This document shows, piece by piece, positions 24,126-39,023 of a stretch of DNA of 64,000 nucleotides. The stretch is taken from contig OZ287072.1 in NCBI GenBank assembly GCA_965645245.1, positions 1,116,001-1,180,000 on the forward strand, written 5' to 3'. The notes below the pieces were generated by a model that had not been told where the DNA came from, made no database searches, and was given only the letters and a program-made list of their open reading frames with translations. Every line of letters begins with the position of its first letter. Within the stretch, counting starts at the first letter, position 1. Made by a program: the position numbers and the translations under genes. The DNA is from Massalongia carnosa. Taxonomy: Eukaryota.

Positions 24126-25506
24126 GACGAGGCGCTGAATTCAGCGCACGCCTCGTTCACAGGTCTTGTTTTGGTGTGTATGCAATGACTAGAAATGGGA
24201 AAGCTCTGGCTAAAGGCAGGTTGGAGTAGATGGGATGTTAGGATGTACTGATACTCTACCTACATGTCTAACGTGGCTTCAGGAACATCATACAAGGTTG
24301 TACTTGTACTTCTGCCGATCTATGATTCAAGATTAACGAGTTTTTCGCTAATCTACCTAAGACTCTCCCACTAGTGCCTTGCCCTTGCACATAACGACGC
24401 CTTGCTCACACAAATAGCAGATAGATGCATTTGACTGGGCCTAGAATGCTAGAATATTCCAGGCCTGGGTCAAATCTCGTATTAATGGAGGGTCGTCCAG
24501 AGTCAGGATGGGTTATGTCTGCTCCCTTGAAGCGTCATCTACATTTTGTTCTCCCAATGGTGAATGTGGTACAGAGTACAGAACAGACGGGATCAGAACC
24601 GATTGGTCTGTCTAGACTTACATCATGAATCGAATGAAACAAAATCCTCCATCTGGAATTCTGTGTGTTGACGAGATCTCATGCCCAAAAATATATGGCT
24701 GTTGTTTGGTGGCACTACATGTCTCAGCCTCTATCGTCATGGATGACCAGGTAGCCGGAATCATGCACCACTTACAAAGGATGATGGATAACGGTGCTAA
24801 GGTCTGGATTGTTTTCCTTCCCAAGGTCTACTACGGCAAAACTTGAGAGAATTTGAAACTGCCTGTCGAAGCTCAACGGCTTCAGAAACTAAGACGCTTT
24901 CTGGCTTAACTGGAAAGACGCATACGATTGGCCGATAGTCCGAAGTCGGAAATACATAGAAGCCAGATCGTGGACTATGGTGCATTGCTCCCCGCCATAC
25001 TGCCAGATCGATTGAGTTCCTCAAGGATCTCCATACTTCAAGCCCCTCGTCGCGTGGGAAGTACATAAGTAGTAACTCTACTACTAGTCCGTTGTGTTGT
25101 GTCATCTCTCATCATCAGACTCAGTAATTCAAGGGGCATAGGCCGATCCGGTGGTAAAAATGTGGGCTTGATTGGTACTCGTACCTATGCATCGATGTCA
25201 AAGGGCATATTATTACAGCGGAGGCCGGAGAAGCTCGTGGAAAGTTGCTACGATCAGTCAAGTTTGCTTGGTATCATTGGAAATCATAGCTCTCCACAAT
25301 TTCAGAAGCGGGATCTTGACTTCTTATACTGTGCTACGGTACACATTCCTTTTCTTCACTTTCGAGTGCTTACATTATGCTTTTTCTCATCAAAAGGCTC
25401 AGCTGTCGCATCTTACTTTCTTGGGTTCCTTCGCAATTGTGATCGCTGCTGTAAACCCATATCAACTTCTCTAGTAAACACTCTACCCAGCGTACTTCTC
25501 GTTGGG

Positions 25507-26470
25507 ATGCCTCAAGCAAAGCTCAAGCCTTCAGACATAGCCGCAGAAGCCAAACGAAGGTACATACCCTACGTCGAACAGACATGCCCACAATGGCCTG
25601 CCGGCTCGTACTTTTACAGCGATTCATCCGAGCTACGTGTCATGCCGAAACCCGATACGAAACGAAAGCTCCGGGTTGCAGTCATAGATGGTGATCTCGT
25701 TGATGTTGCGATAGGCTGGGACTCTTGCAACATAAAGAATACCGGCAAAGAAGAAGGAACCGTTCCCATCGTTAGTATGGCGAACGAGAAACGAGCTGGC
25801 GGTGATTGGGAATCCGGTCTACTGGCGCCTGAGGAGTGCCTTTGCCGACGTTCAAATCTTGTGCGCAATCTTACAACTCCACGCGCATCTTCGAACCAGG
25901 CATCTCATTATCCAATTCCACCAACGGGTGGCATATATTCACCTCAGGTTGGTGAGTTATTGCCGAGGGCTTATAGAGGCTGAGGTTGAAGCTAACGAGA
26001 GAATAGTGGTATTTCGTTCGAAAGCCGACGATGGATACTCTATCTGGCCAACTTTCAAGCCAATACCAGTAATCTCAGTTGCACCTATCCGTCGACCTAA
26101 ACTGGACGATACTGGATCAAGTTACTCGTTCGCCCAAGAAAAAGAGTTAATGAAGGAGAAAATGAGGATGGTGCTGCGAATCGCCGTAGCGCATGGTCAT
26201 TCCGATCTCTGCATGGGAGCCTTCGGCGTGGGACCTGGATTTCGCAACCCTGTGAGACAGGTGGCCGCTATGTGGCGAGATCTTCTATTCTCGGAGGTTG
26301 AGTTCAAGAACTGCTTTAGCAATATCGTCTTTGTCATCGAAAACACAGGGAGTTGTACCACAAAGGGCGGACAGTCAGATTATGATATCTTCAGGCGCGA
26401 GTTCGATCCTTCAAACGTTGTGCCATCACCACGAAAATTTTTGCAAGATCCAAGAGGACCAACCAAATAA
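25507..26470 (+). CDS. TIGR02452/DUF2263 microbial-type PARG macrodomain protein
   Basis: MANEKRAGGDWESGLLAPEECLCRRSNL, YPIPPTGGIYSP, VISVAP and LCMGAFGVGPGFRNP. Intron 25952-26006. Confidence 0.85.
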
Positions 26471-29400
26471 AGACGCGTCATAACGTTTCACGCCCACTTT
26501 GTGGACTGTACTTTAAATCGATGAAATTTTGCATCGCCGTATCTTCTACATTAACATTCGAAGAAAGTGAGTAGGTACTCTCGAATGCGTCTGATGTCAT
26601 GGCCACCTAGCCAACAAGTACCATTTGTTCAGCTTGCAGATCCTGGTGTAAATAGGGTTAAGTTTAGGCTCATCCTACTCAGATAGGTGGCGATTGAAAA
26701 ATGCAATATTTCTTGTTGAGAAAAAAAGCCTGGAGTATTTATATCTTGCATCAACTGAGCGTACTTCTTTTCACGTCTCCAGTATCCAAGCAGCTAAAGA
26801 TTACATCCTCTGCTTTAGCTAAGGCGAAGGTAGGGATCGGCATGCAATGCAATGCAACGGCAGCATGCATGCCTACAAATATTTGGAGCTAGATCTGCTG
26901 TTCGGCGATCCCAAAGCTTTACCCGCCAGCTTGCTCATCTGTTGTTTCCGATCATGCATGTCGGGGAGAGACGATCGATCTGTGGGACTTGACATTACCA
27001 TTCAGATCATTTTTAGATAAGAAGGACCATCGTCACTGCCCTGTCCCTCAGCTATTGTCGATGTCACACGGAAATGCCTCATGTATTTCGTTCGGTCCAG
27101 AAATATCCTGGCTTGCAGCGAAATGGATGGCACGTCCCGGGCGAAGGTTTGGGAGAAAGACCGACTCGATTGCTGTTAATTTGATGGAGAAACTTGACTC
27201 TCTAGCGATATTTCCTTTTCTAGTAGCTAACGACTTGATCGTTATTGGATACTCGATCCAAAGTACCCTTGACAAGGATATTTATAAAGAGTTGAAAGGA
27301 AGCAATAGGATGCCGTCTATCCAACTACATTCTCTCTCATTCTCTTGAATTGCTCTGGGCCCAGTGGCTCCTCACCACAACGGCAGGGCAGGAGGTCCAT
27401 CAATCTTAGGTACCTCATTATGCGCCTGGGCTAACCTCGCCTCTAATTAACTTACATCAAAGTTCTTCACTGCTCGCTTAAAGTTTCTCCCTCTATTGGG
27501 ATCATAACAACTTTGCTTACGTGAGCATTATAATGTGGGCATCATTATGAGAATAACTACAACTAGGTGCGATTATAGGCGCTAGTCACATGTTTGATTG
27601 ATGCAGAAGCTTGCGTGACCTTCTGCAAAGCTCGGAACAACCTAGCTGAAAGCTCCGCAAGCAGACTGTAACTCGGTTGAGTTTTCGAACCGAAATAACA
27701 TAGGGACATCAAACAAGCATGGCTTTGCAACTTTCCTTGGTTGTACAGACTACTTCTTTGGCTACTAGACAGGGTCTTTCCCTCGATCCTCTCATCCAAG
27801 TTTGGTATTACTCCATGGATGAGCGAGCTACCCACCACTCAACTCAGATTCAAGAGACTGTTCTACCACCTGTTACTGTTTCTTATCTACCCTTTTACTC
27901 ATGGAATGCTTGATGATTTAGATATTTCTTTAGTAATTAATCATTGGAAAGTATTTGTTTTGCATTACAATATATGGTACATTGTAAGTTGAGTCAGCAG
28001 CTGCTTGATAACGTTAGGGAAGGCTCATCACGGAAATTTCCTCGGTTGGACTTTGATGAAGCACAGAATTCGTGTTTGAAAACAGAAAAAGTCATTGCCA
28101 GACGTTGAATGCAAACCTAAGTTACATACAGGATCAGGTAGACTTTGTTGTAGTCTTTTGTGGCGCAAGCTTGATCATCAGCTTTCTGCAAGGTACATGG
28201 GATTACCTGTGCATCAGCTCCACATTTCTCTTGTCCAAATACCAAAGAAACAACATATCACAAGCGTCTCCATTGCGGAGTTGCGTAACATTGACCCACT
28301 CTAGTAGGATGGCGGAAAAGGGAACGTTGATTCCCAAGAGCTTGGTCGTTACACAGCTGGGAAACCGTCTTTTGTGACACCGGTACCCTTGAAAGGCCGG
28401 ACTCGTCCCAACAGTATCTAAGCCACCGAGGACGTGGAGTGCTATGAGAATATGTGTTATCCACACCAAGACCAGCTGAAACTCGATACACCGAGGTTGT
28501 CGGCAATCAACAGGCGCCAAGCTAAAATGATTCGAGTTTTGAGTGATCTCCTGTCGTGCGATCAACAGCCGCATTTAGTAATTAGTTATCATGTGAGCTT
28601 AAAATGGTACATGCTCTTTACAATGTAGACAGTTTCCATCTGCAGAGTATTCACCACTCCCTGGCGAATGAAGAACCTATCCGAATGGACGTCCCAGTTT
28701 CGTTTGTTAGCGTTGGTTGCATACATCCGTAGTCTAGGTTTCATGGTCCATTGTCTTTGGCTATCATATAGACCGATCCCTATCAGAGAAAGGAATCAAT
28801 GAGGACAAGGTTTACCCGGCTGACGCTCCACTTGTCCTACGATGAGTGGTAATCCGTGAAAGATTAGATGCATCAATCCAATAAGCTCCAACATCGCTAT
28901 GCATTTGTACTCGACCAAAGCATTCAATTTCTTAAGAGTATCGAGTTTCTTTTGGAGTGCGACTCGATAAGCAACGTAAGAGAAATAGGCCCAACACCAA
29001 GTCCTATGTCTTGCGCCGATAGAATTTTCGAGTCTGGCCTACATGAAAGGCCCAAGTGGAGGTATCCGTTGTGTGTTACGCATTACTGCAGAAGCTAGAT
29101 GCAGAAAAATACTTGCCTCAGGAAGCTAGAGATAACGATATTCGCTCGTGGCCATGACGATGAATAGATTTCAACATTCCCAGAACCTCTGAAACTCTAG
29201 CTTCCAACGTAGGCTCTTCGCATCTCCTTTCTCCCCCATATCAAGACTGTTTCAGTAAACACTTCTTGTAAGGTGAGAATAGCCACTCGACGAGGATGAC
29301 AATGCAAGCTTGACATTAGTCTGGATCCGGACAGACCTGGAGATACGCAAAGGGAAGGCAGTAGTCAGATCCTTGACTTTATTGAAGAAAAGTAAGTTAC

Positions 29401-30247
29401 TGATCGCGAGGCTTGTTTAGTAAGGGCACTCGTACTTTGCGTTAGACTTTTAGAAGTCTCCCTTTCATCCAATGTCATCCTTTCGTAAGTCATTGTCTTG
29501 ACAAGAAGCCGAGTCAGACCTGGTCTTTGATTGTACTAATAATGGTGAATTATTAGATTTTCTATACAGCTGGTTGCAGAACTATGACATTTTCAGATGA
29601 GAAAAAGAAATCTTAGTGGGCCTAGGGGTTTTCTTATGTTCTTGTGTTGTTTGAATCTTCTTAAGAGTATATTGTTCAGAGAATGAAGGTCTTAGCCTTC
29701 TATAGCGACCTAGTGGACCATTGCAGAGATAGGCAGGTATGGATTTCGTAGTCTGATCTTCGGCGAAGAAGTTTTCTCCTTAAACTCATGACTGCAGTTT
29801 ATTTCCTCTACCATGACGAAGAACCAACATGGACAGAAGTATGTGAGAAAGGACATAGTATCCATTTATTAACTCATAACAGCACCTAAACAACCGACTG
29901 CATGAAAAAATAAGCAGCACCTGCGGAAACATGCGTGTATTAAAGATAAGTCAGCGTGGTCAGGTAGGCAGCCGGAGCTACCTCCGCTATTGACAAGCCC
30001 TAAAGCGCTTTTGACGAGTTAGCATTTATCTTGATGTGGCAAACGAAGTTCACCTCACTTAACCCCAGTCACGTACAACTTCAACACATATTCTCGCTTT
30101 TATTATTTTCCTGACTTGCACCCCATTCTTCTTCAGTCATTCTTTTTCGAAGCTGAATACACTACGCACATTCAACCACCGCAAATACTTTCTTCCGTCT
30201 ATCCCTTAATATCATAAGAACAGCCACTAGAGAGCACAATCATAGTC

Positions 30248-32464
30248 ATGCGTCTATCCAAGTTTACAGTCATTGCAGGCCTGTCTGCAATCGTAGCCAA
30301 TGTCCAGTAAGTCGATAGTCGCTTTCAATCCATGTGATCTTCAGCCTGTCGACAATATTAATTAGAGGCCACAACTCATTTCCTCATGCATGTTTTCCCT
30401 GAGGGGCATGATGTATAGCAAGAAACAGATTGTTGGTCCTGGCTAACAAACTCTGCAGAGCTATTCCCACATGTGGTAGCGTCTCAACCGTCTTCGTGAC
30501 CGTGACAGCCACTCGTGTAACCCAGATCGCTACCTCATCTTTCGAGACACCTCCCTCCGTTGCTGAAATCCCCGAGTTGCATGCTTCGGCCGGCATCACT
30601 AAGACAGTGACAGATAATGCACCCTTTTTCAAGGTTACAACGGCGATTCCAACAACGGCCGTTGCTGAAAATGGCCCATTTTACTATACCGAAGATAATG
30701 GTACCACTCATTGGCTATACGGGAAAACACCACCAGCGGGCAAGAAACGAGTCACCCGCACAATCGTCATCACTGTTGAACCGATCCCACCGACTTCCAC
30801 TGTAATAAACGGAGTAGGCTCCGAATCTACAAGCTATTCCTCTGTGTTACTGACCGTAGCACACAATGAATACCAGCCAAATGCACTTACTAAAATTGAG
30901 CCACCTGCGCCAACTGCGGCACTGCCATCAACTGCTACTATATCATCGTCTAATGCAGCTGTTACCCCTTCTTCGGTTCCCTTGTCAGCTGTAGCCTCGT
31001 CAATCGCCTCAACTCCAGCACTTATTATGGATTCGTTGGTTGCCTCAATCTCTGATCTTATCACATCCACTTCCATTGTTACAATCGAACTGATTCCGGT
31101 AACTCCGTCGACCACCGCCGGCGCGTCGGCATTCACAACTGCCCCTAACGTCAAATTTCTGTCTAAATCCTTCAGTGGGCTTGGTTCAAGCGGTTGGAAT
31201 TCAACTCTCACAGCTTTGCCAAAAGAACATACTGCTGAGAGCGGAGCTGAAGGGGCAACGCAGTTTGAAGTAGACCTACAAGACAATATTGCTACTCCTC
31301 GAGACAAAGTGTCCTTGGCAGTCCTGCCGTCCTACTCCAACAACGCAACATATCACTTGAAACCCAGACAGCTTGGATCGATCGTTACTGCCACCATCGA
31401 GGGCATTGTCGTCTCTTGGACCAACGAATATGCAGGTGTTCCTTCGCTCCCTCCAGCTCCAGTTACAACAAGTAGTAGCGTAGTATTTCAGGAAGATATT
31501 GCTGCACCGAGTAAGATCACAAAAGTCCTATACTATCTTTGTTCTATGCTGACCATTCTTCCAGCCGTCTCCAGAATGGTAGTTCCGATTTACCCATGGG
31601 GCTTGCCACCAGTCCCTGTGCCAACCGACTTTGAAGGAACACTGACTTTAACTCTTCCGATTGCCCGCTCAAAGGCTCCCACCACGATTGCTACGTCATT
31701 TGTACCAGCGTTGTTGGCGAACTCGGTTGCATCGCACCTGACCCCAACGGCGACCTTTCGGGACGAGTCAAGTACCTCCAAGAGAGTGGTATCAGCAGTA
31801 CCGTCGTATTGCAATAGCAAAGCCGAGTTTATCATCGATGTATGATCTCCTATCGTGTGCCTTTGTGGCAATTACTGACTGGCCGATATAGTTTGACGAT
31901 CTACCATACTTCGGCGGAAATCCCGGCACTTTAGACACTCCTCCAATCATTAACCCGTATCGCAAACTGTTTTTCAGCGGCTATTGGGGCTATGGCCCAG
32001 AACCTAGTGTCCCCTTTGAGCCTGTTTCGTCAACAAGACTTGGTATATGCCGAGCAGTCCCTGGTCTTAATATCGATGGATCCCCAGACGCGGCTCTCGA
32101 GTTATTTGGAGAATTTGGTGCCGGACCCCGCGCTCGAGATAGTACATACTGGCTTGACGCTTTTTCACTTTGGGTGGGCTGTGAAAATGGCGGGCCTTCG
32201 CATTGTGTCATTACGATCAACGGATATGCCTTCTTTTCCTCCACGAGGGTAGCTTCACAGACCATCACCCTGCCACCCTGCCCTGGTCTTGTGAACTGCA
32301 AGATGACCTTTGTTGACCTCGATGACGATTTTCGCAACCTTTCCGGAATCCAAATTCTCGCAGCTGTAGGCCAACAGCTCGTGACATATTTCGTGGATGA
32401 TGTGAGTCTGGGTTGGAGCAATAATACTTGCGAAGCACAGAAGAAGCGTTCGTCCCGTTATTAG
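30248..32464 (+). CDS. Secreted Ser/Thr-rich protein with a conserved Cys-containing C-terminal domain (DUF7371-like)
   Basis: Signal peptide MRLSKFTVIAGLSAIVANVQA. Introns 30307-30458, 31511-31564 and 31840-31891. C-terminal FDDLP...PPIINPYRKLFF...WVGCENGGP...YFVDDVSLGWSNNTCEAQKKR. Confidence 0.8.
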
Positions 32465-34649
32465 TTGTATCTATGACGGCTCCTTCGTTGGCTAAGTGAT
32501 CCGTTCAACAGAGCATGTATTTATTCATGTTGACTGTATAGCTTCAACATTAGATTACTCTATGGGGCGTGGATACCGACGTGTCTTGTTCTTGCTTTTA
32601 AAGGCATTTTCGATATGGACTCTTTGCACTCGGCAGCTGGATGCAAATAGCATGATCTTAGTAAATTCAAATACATGGCTTCACAAACATTGCGAGATAG
32701 TGATCGCAAACGAGGTTCGCGAAGTTGGACAAATAAGCCCACAGTATTTACCGAGTCCACTAATCTAATAACGGCTAACTAAGTACTCTGTATGCGATAT
32801 GGTTCTTCAACGAACAAGACATAACGTTAACCTCATTAGTTGAGTCCTGCGCGTAGCATAGCCTCCTCTTAGGAGTCATTTTAATTGAGCTTTTCTTACA
32901 CGCAAGCTTGATACGTGCGCAAAACATGCTTACAATAAATTCTGTGTTGAGCCGGAACGGTCGTGATGAAGAAGTGAGGGGCAAGATCCCCTATTTTGGG
33001 GGATTTTCTTTCTGCAGAGTTCTCTTACCAGATTCAACCTTTTCTTCATTTTCAGAGCCCACAATCTTTTGTCTACGGTCTTTTCCTATTTTGTAGTATT
33101 CCCTTGTAGCTATTTTCTTATCGCCTTGGTTGAACAGCAATGATGCCGGTGACCAATAGATTTCTCCTTTTTGCAATCTATTCCCCTTTTTTTGTTGCAG
33201 CAGATGAAGGAGGCAGTGGCTCCACAAGTGACCGGGGAAGGAATAACCAGCATTCTACCGATGGGATGTATCCGGTCATCTCTTCCTCGAAGCACAAATC
33301 CTATTCACCGCCTTTGGGTTCGTCAACCGTCCCTAACGTTAGCCCACAGTTGTTTCCAAGCCTGCCACTCGCTGCTAGTCTTAGCTCAGCTAAATAATAC
33401 CATCGAGGTCATTGGGTAGAAGCCTCAGTTCCCACCTTTTAGAAATCTAATAGAAGCCTCTTTTGTCTATTAGCATCACCTCGAAAATTACAATCCTTCT
33501 AGGGCCCTTCAATTAGTCACTTGATCGATAGCGCGGACAAACCTATCTACTTCAGCAAGGCAAAGCGAAAACAGTGCTATTGGTCATGTTCCGTTAAGTT
33601 TTCATTATTCAATCCTAAATAGTCACTATCACTATAACAGTCACCAATGAGCGAGAAGTGCAAGTTGGTATAACACCAACCGTGACTTATGCCAGCCAAT
33701 CATTAGCTTCTAGAGAGGATAATAGAATCCTTAACTAGATAGCACAAGGATCAACCTCCGATCTTACGTCTTACAGTTACCGAAAATGAATTGCGAAACC
33801 ACTATCAGTCGGTGTTTGGTACCTCTTCTTGTTGCATAACGCTCATTCTAGAGTCACCAAGCACAAATCAAGCAGAAAGTTTGAAGTCTGAAGACACAGT
33901 GTCTAGGACCCTATTCTCCAGGCGTAAAGGACGGAACCTTAGGGTATTCTGAAACTATCAACTCGATTCATGCAAATTCAAAGTAGTCGAGCACGCATGC
34001 CTTTCCGATAGCGCAGAAGAACCAAGAGCATTCAATCTGTCAGTTTGCATACGTGTGCACGCACACCAGTCCCGAGAGTCCTACAACTGGAACAAAAAAA
34101 GCCTTGTTCCAGTACCAAGATCTATCATTATTAACAAGGCATAGAGTACTATCCTCAAGTTCTCAAGTCAGCCGCATACTTCCTCTCTCTGGTTTCATTT
34201 CAGAAAAATTTTAGATGTTCCCGTACTCGGAATTTATGCACAATCACACTTGAGGAACTCGATCATCAGACGTGGCATTCCATACCGACCATGTAAGTTC
34301 CACAGTCTTAAGCACGCCACCACAGCGGATCCACCAATTACTTATTCACTTCTGAGCATGCTTAGGGATTTAGATACTTCAATCCCTGGTTTAAAAACTC
34401 TACATCTGCTGTCATACTCAACAGGAGACGCGGCCTACAAGTGCCTCATCCGAGCTCATCCACCCCCCGAGATAGGAAGCCTTGCGGTTACAGATTTCTA
34501 CTCGAATCACAAGCTACACGAAACACAATATTGCCGCTGACTATCATTCGCGACCTACTAGTCCTGGTACGTTTCTGCAGCCTGTAGCTACCAGTAATGG
34601 TTTTGGTTCTGGATTTTATTCGACTCAAGCTGTTAGCTCAACAAGTACG

Positions 34650-35283
34650 GTTTCTCCCATGTCCCCTTGGACGAATGATTCTCCTTTCCGTCCAATTATG
34701 GCTTCCCTCACAACAAGGTCCACAGGGTTTCCCAGTCATCTGCTTACTAACCCCCACCTCTACTCGTTACCGCTTTCAACTCGAGGGATTCAACAAGTTC
34801 TCGCGCACTACCTTGCCGTTCATCAACAACATTTTTTCTTCCTCATACCACTCAAAATCGAAATACTCTCAAGGCTCAGCAATCTGTCTCTAATGATATT
34901 CTAATAATGGCACCAAAACGAGGACAGTTTCAAACCCCCACCTGACCAAACCCCCTCTAAAGCTGGCACCCCACAGTCCATCCTCGTTATCAAGGAATTC
35001 GCTTTTGATCTCAACTCTGGCAGTCTCATCGATCTCCCGACTGATAGAGTTATTTATGTCTTCTGTGACACCTAAATCCTTCATAATTCTAATATACATC
35101 CGGGGTTCCCATCCATGAGGTCCTCTTATTGACCAAGACCGTCCGGCTACACACTACTCCTGCATCACCTACAAGGACAATATCCCGAGGTTCGTACAGC
35201 AAGACTGTCGCCCATATCAACCGAAATCTAGCCAAATCCTTCCACATCAACCTAAAAATCCTCCAGCGTGATGTCTCAACCAA
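34650..35283 (-). pseudogene. Possible decayed gene relic, family unknown
   Basis: Protein-like segments (KDLGVTEDINNSISREIDETARVEIKSEFLD...; EYFDFEWYEEEKMLLMNGKVVRENLL) are separated by stops and a frameshift. Boundaries are approximate. Confidence 0.3.
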
Positions 35284-36610
35284 GTTTGATTCTAATAACT
35301 ACATCAACAGCGAGATTAGCGTCCCCAGTTCTTTCCTTTTCCCCATATGCCTTTTCTCTCGGACTACGCACTGCTTACAGCTTCGCCACAACCCTAGGCG
35401 CAAGCCCCATGTACGGTTAGTATTGCAGGCATCAAAGCCTCTTCTACATTTGCAAATAGCGTGGCTCACGGCCAGCTTACTGTAGAGAAAGTCAGGGTGA
35501 TGGGATTGCAGTGGCTAATGGTATAATTGAATAGAGATGAGTGGGCAAAGATTATGGGCCTTCCCTTCAGTGCCAAAATCGTAGAACTCGCAACGGGGAT
35601 AAGGATTGATACATAACTTGGAGTATGAATTCGTGAGCTAGGAGGCACGTAGCGGCCGAGGAAGTGGCATCCTTTAACAGGGAGCGAGTTCCGATTAGTA
35701 TATAACTTCGGCTTGAAGGATAGTTGCGTCCTTTCACATCGAGAAGTCAGGATTTGTCAACTATCACGATACATACAATCGAAACTCGGCTCATGAGAGC
35801 ATAGAAAAGGTCATGCACCAATGACATATGAACCATGACCTCATTATGCATTGATATGTTTAGCATGATGGCCAAGTATAGAGTAAGAAACCCATCTACG
35901 AGTGCCTCAATTCGAAGCCGCATCGTATGCAGAAGTCAAGAAGAACGTAACTCGTCTCGATTTCCCAATCCCTGACGTTAAGGGTGGTCCGCATGACCAG
36001 CCTTCGCCATCAATCATCGGGCGTGTGACAGGAGCGAATCAATTCAGCAGCGTGCTGGTGCTGCACGCCGGACGCCACATGGGCGCAACTCCGCTTTTGC
36101 CAATCGTAAAGCTCTTCCTACCTAGCCTTTTCTCCGTTGCAATCCATTTTCTGGGACCCGACTGAGCGGGTCGAAAGGAGCGACTCGATGCGCTGACGTC
36201 TAGACGTTCCTGCCCTCATTCCTCGGCAGCCCTGGAGTGGAAGAGATCCCTTAGTAGCGGAAGCGGGGAGAGAGAGCGAGAGCGAGCGGCACAGGGCACA
36301 GGGCACAATCGAGAAAGACTGCCTTCTACACTCTTGTCGATTTCCAGATATTCTCCATTTCCCCTTCTGTACTCCTTGTGTGAGGAACTGTTTTTCTGCG
36401 TGTGGTCTGGAAAACAAGGGAGAGCTGCACGACAGAAAGACTTGTTTTCTAGGCGGTACTGTAACTGAGGGGATCTACAGCACCCCCAGCTCTGTCAACC
36501 CGATCGTGTTGAGCGAACAAGCTAATTACTAGTCACACTCCATATCTCGAGCGGAGGGATTTTGAAAAGTTTCTCCATCAAACCCAAATTAGAGATTCGA
36601 AACGTATATC

Positions 36611-37507
36611 ATGACGCGGAAGTTGGTGTACGGCGGCGCTCTGGTGGTCTTTCTCGCTGGTATGTGCCAGGCACCCTTCACTTTGGCATTGCCTGCCTGG
36701 AACCCTGCTGAAACTGATTCTATAGCTACTGCAATGACCTTGACAAGCATAATAATACCCCGGTGGATCAGCTGGAACAGCGATGTTGTAGGCCCTCCCC
36801 AACTCCCACAAAGCTTTCTCATTCCCTGCCTTCTTCCGTCTCCAGACCCCTCGAAAACCAACATCAACACCCTGGTTAACCCGTTACCATAGCCCAGCGG
36901 TCACCATGTCCACTACACTTACGGCCTACACCAGCGCTGCTCCTCTTTTACCGCGCAATGCGACCACTTCCCCGCTTTTGCCGACTGCCACCATGACCGT
37001 TACTTCTGCAGCATGTGGCGCTCCGTCGGCTTCCTCATGAGCTTTGCTGTCGTAATCGAGGGTATGACGCTCATTGCATTTGTCGTAATGCTGGCAGGTG
37101 GAAAGCAAAAGCGTGATGCGGGGTGGAAGATTTTGGTGGGATTGTTAGTGCTGGTAGGGTTGATACAATGTACCGGCATGGCTTTGATTGTAAGTTTTGT
37201 CCTTTGTTCTAGAGTTTATTCTCGTCTCCTACATATGCGGAGACCCTTTCTTTCCCCCCCAGCCTCCTCAGAAAAAATGAAAACGAACAAGAAGCTAAAA
37301 CCGCCCCTCATGCACACAAATCCATAGTCATACCTTTACAACAATGATGATCGCTTCTTCCCCGGTTGGCGCCTCGATACATCCTGGGTTCTATGCACCA
37401 TCAGCTGGAGTTCCATGATTCTTCTTGCGGCAGGCATCACCTCCGCCGCTCTCTTTCTGCCGCCGGAAGGAGGCTACGAACTCCTTCCTGATACCGAGGA
37501 ACGGTGA
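36611..37507 (+). CDS. Four-TM claudin-like (PalI/SUR7-like fold) membrane protein
   Basis: Exons 36611-36659, 36726-36787, 36893-37189 and 37328-37507. W..W, YGLHQRCS..C..C...FCSMWRSVGFLM and C-terminal PPEGGYELL. Confidence 0.85.
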
Positions 37508-39023
37508 TCTGATGAGAGATGGTTTTTAGTGAAAGGAATTTATGCGTTGGGCTTGATTGGAGTGGAGGGGCGGGGAATGGGCGATGGAGGGGATTTAAGG
37601 TTAAGATTTGAATGCGGGATCATGGTTTGGGAGGATTGGCTGGAGATCTTTGCGGGAATAGGAAAGGTACCAGAACGAGGCGATGGGGGATATAAATGCG
37701 TGCAGATCCAGCAAATAAGCCCCTTAGGCTGCCTATGACTTCCAAGGAGGGGGAGGGGAAAGGGAAAGGGAAGAGTTAGTAATGGCTTCTGAATGTTTAC
37801 AGTTATCTTTCACGCAGCGTTCGATGCTCCGATATCAGAGAAACTTTCCCGCTTCAATATCTGGAAGCGATGTTTGTTGATGGGCAGTTTTTCCATTTTA
37901 ACGTTTCTCATCTACAATCTTTGCTTTCAATCACTCATATCCACCTTGCTTCTTCAGATACATTTCTCTATCCTTCCATCCCTCCATCCTCTCATCTGCC
38001 TCTCCCTCCGACATTCCTCATCGTCTTAACTTTTCCTAATTGAGCGAAAAATCGAAGAGTTATGCAACGAGGCCAAACCCACTACCCCCCCCCCCGGAAA
38101 GAAGAAGCGTTTCCAGGTTCTAATCAGCAGGAGGGGATGTAGGAAGGTTGAACTGCTAACTCCCCATCTTCCCTGTACCCTTCCCACCATCGAAGTCCTA
38201 CATACCCAGTTCATCTCATTCAAGCTCGTCCCCCGGAAGTTTCCCAGCCTCCAGGGGTTCCATTCCATGCACAAGGCAAACCCAACCCTCCAGCCAGCCT
38301 TTCCGTAGAAACCGTTCAACGTCGCACCCCTTCCACTTTCGCGAATTTCCCGATATTCGTCGGGAAGGAAGGAAGGGGGGCGAAAGAGATAGAACGATAC
38401 AGGGTATGCCTGTGTTTTTCGGATTTTTGGCTAGGGAAATTTACCCGCTCGAGCATGGTTTAAGGGAGACAATGTTCCTCCCTCGGGTTGCGGATTCGGA
38501 GACGGATCGTGGGAGGAGGAAGTATGGTCTTGGAAAGGTGCTCGTGTACGCCTGCATTTGGCAATACGCTCCTCCTGTTCTATTCTCGCCATCTATTTCT
38601 CGTGTACCCACGTCTCGTAGGTCTAGGCCTAGGCCTAGGCCTGAACATGGATCTAACTAAATCGAAGGAAATCCACCTACCTAGGTACCAACCCTAGACA
38701 TGAGTTGAGGAGGGTTTCTCGGAGCAGATGGTGAGGTATGGCAAAACCCGAGAAGATCGTTGTGCTAAAGACCTTTGTTTGGGGTCACGGTTACACCTAC
38801 TTGCAAAGGTTGGATTGGAAGGTTGTTATGTGGGAGGGGGCAGGGCCATGCATTGATCGATTTAAAGATCTAGAAGGTTTAGGGTCGGAAATATCATGCA
38901 TACATTAATACATTAATCAACGACGTACAAGCTATGATGCCCCTTTACCAGATCTATCAAGCCCATCTAATTATATACGTTCGTCCCCATTCCTACATGC
39001 TAAGCTTCAAATCTTGATTTCGC

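Noticed and set aside
25099..25506. In-frame upstream extension of the PARG-like gene
   Set aside because: UTR-like composition; the family-like sequence begins at MPQAK (25507). It cannot be excluded without transcript data.
26500..30200. Short ORFs in a 3.7-kb gap
   Set aside because: No motif, terminal repeats or consistent frame could be recognised.
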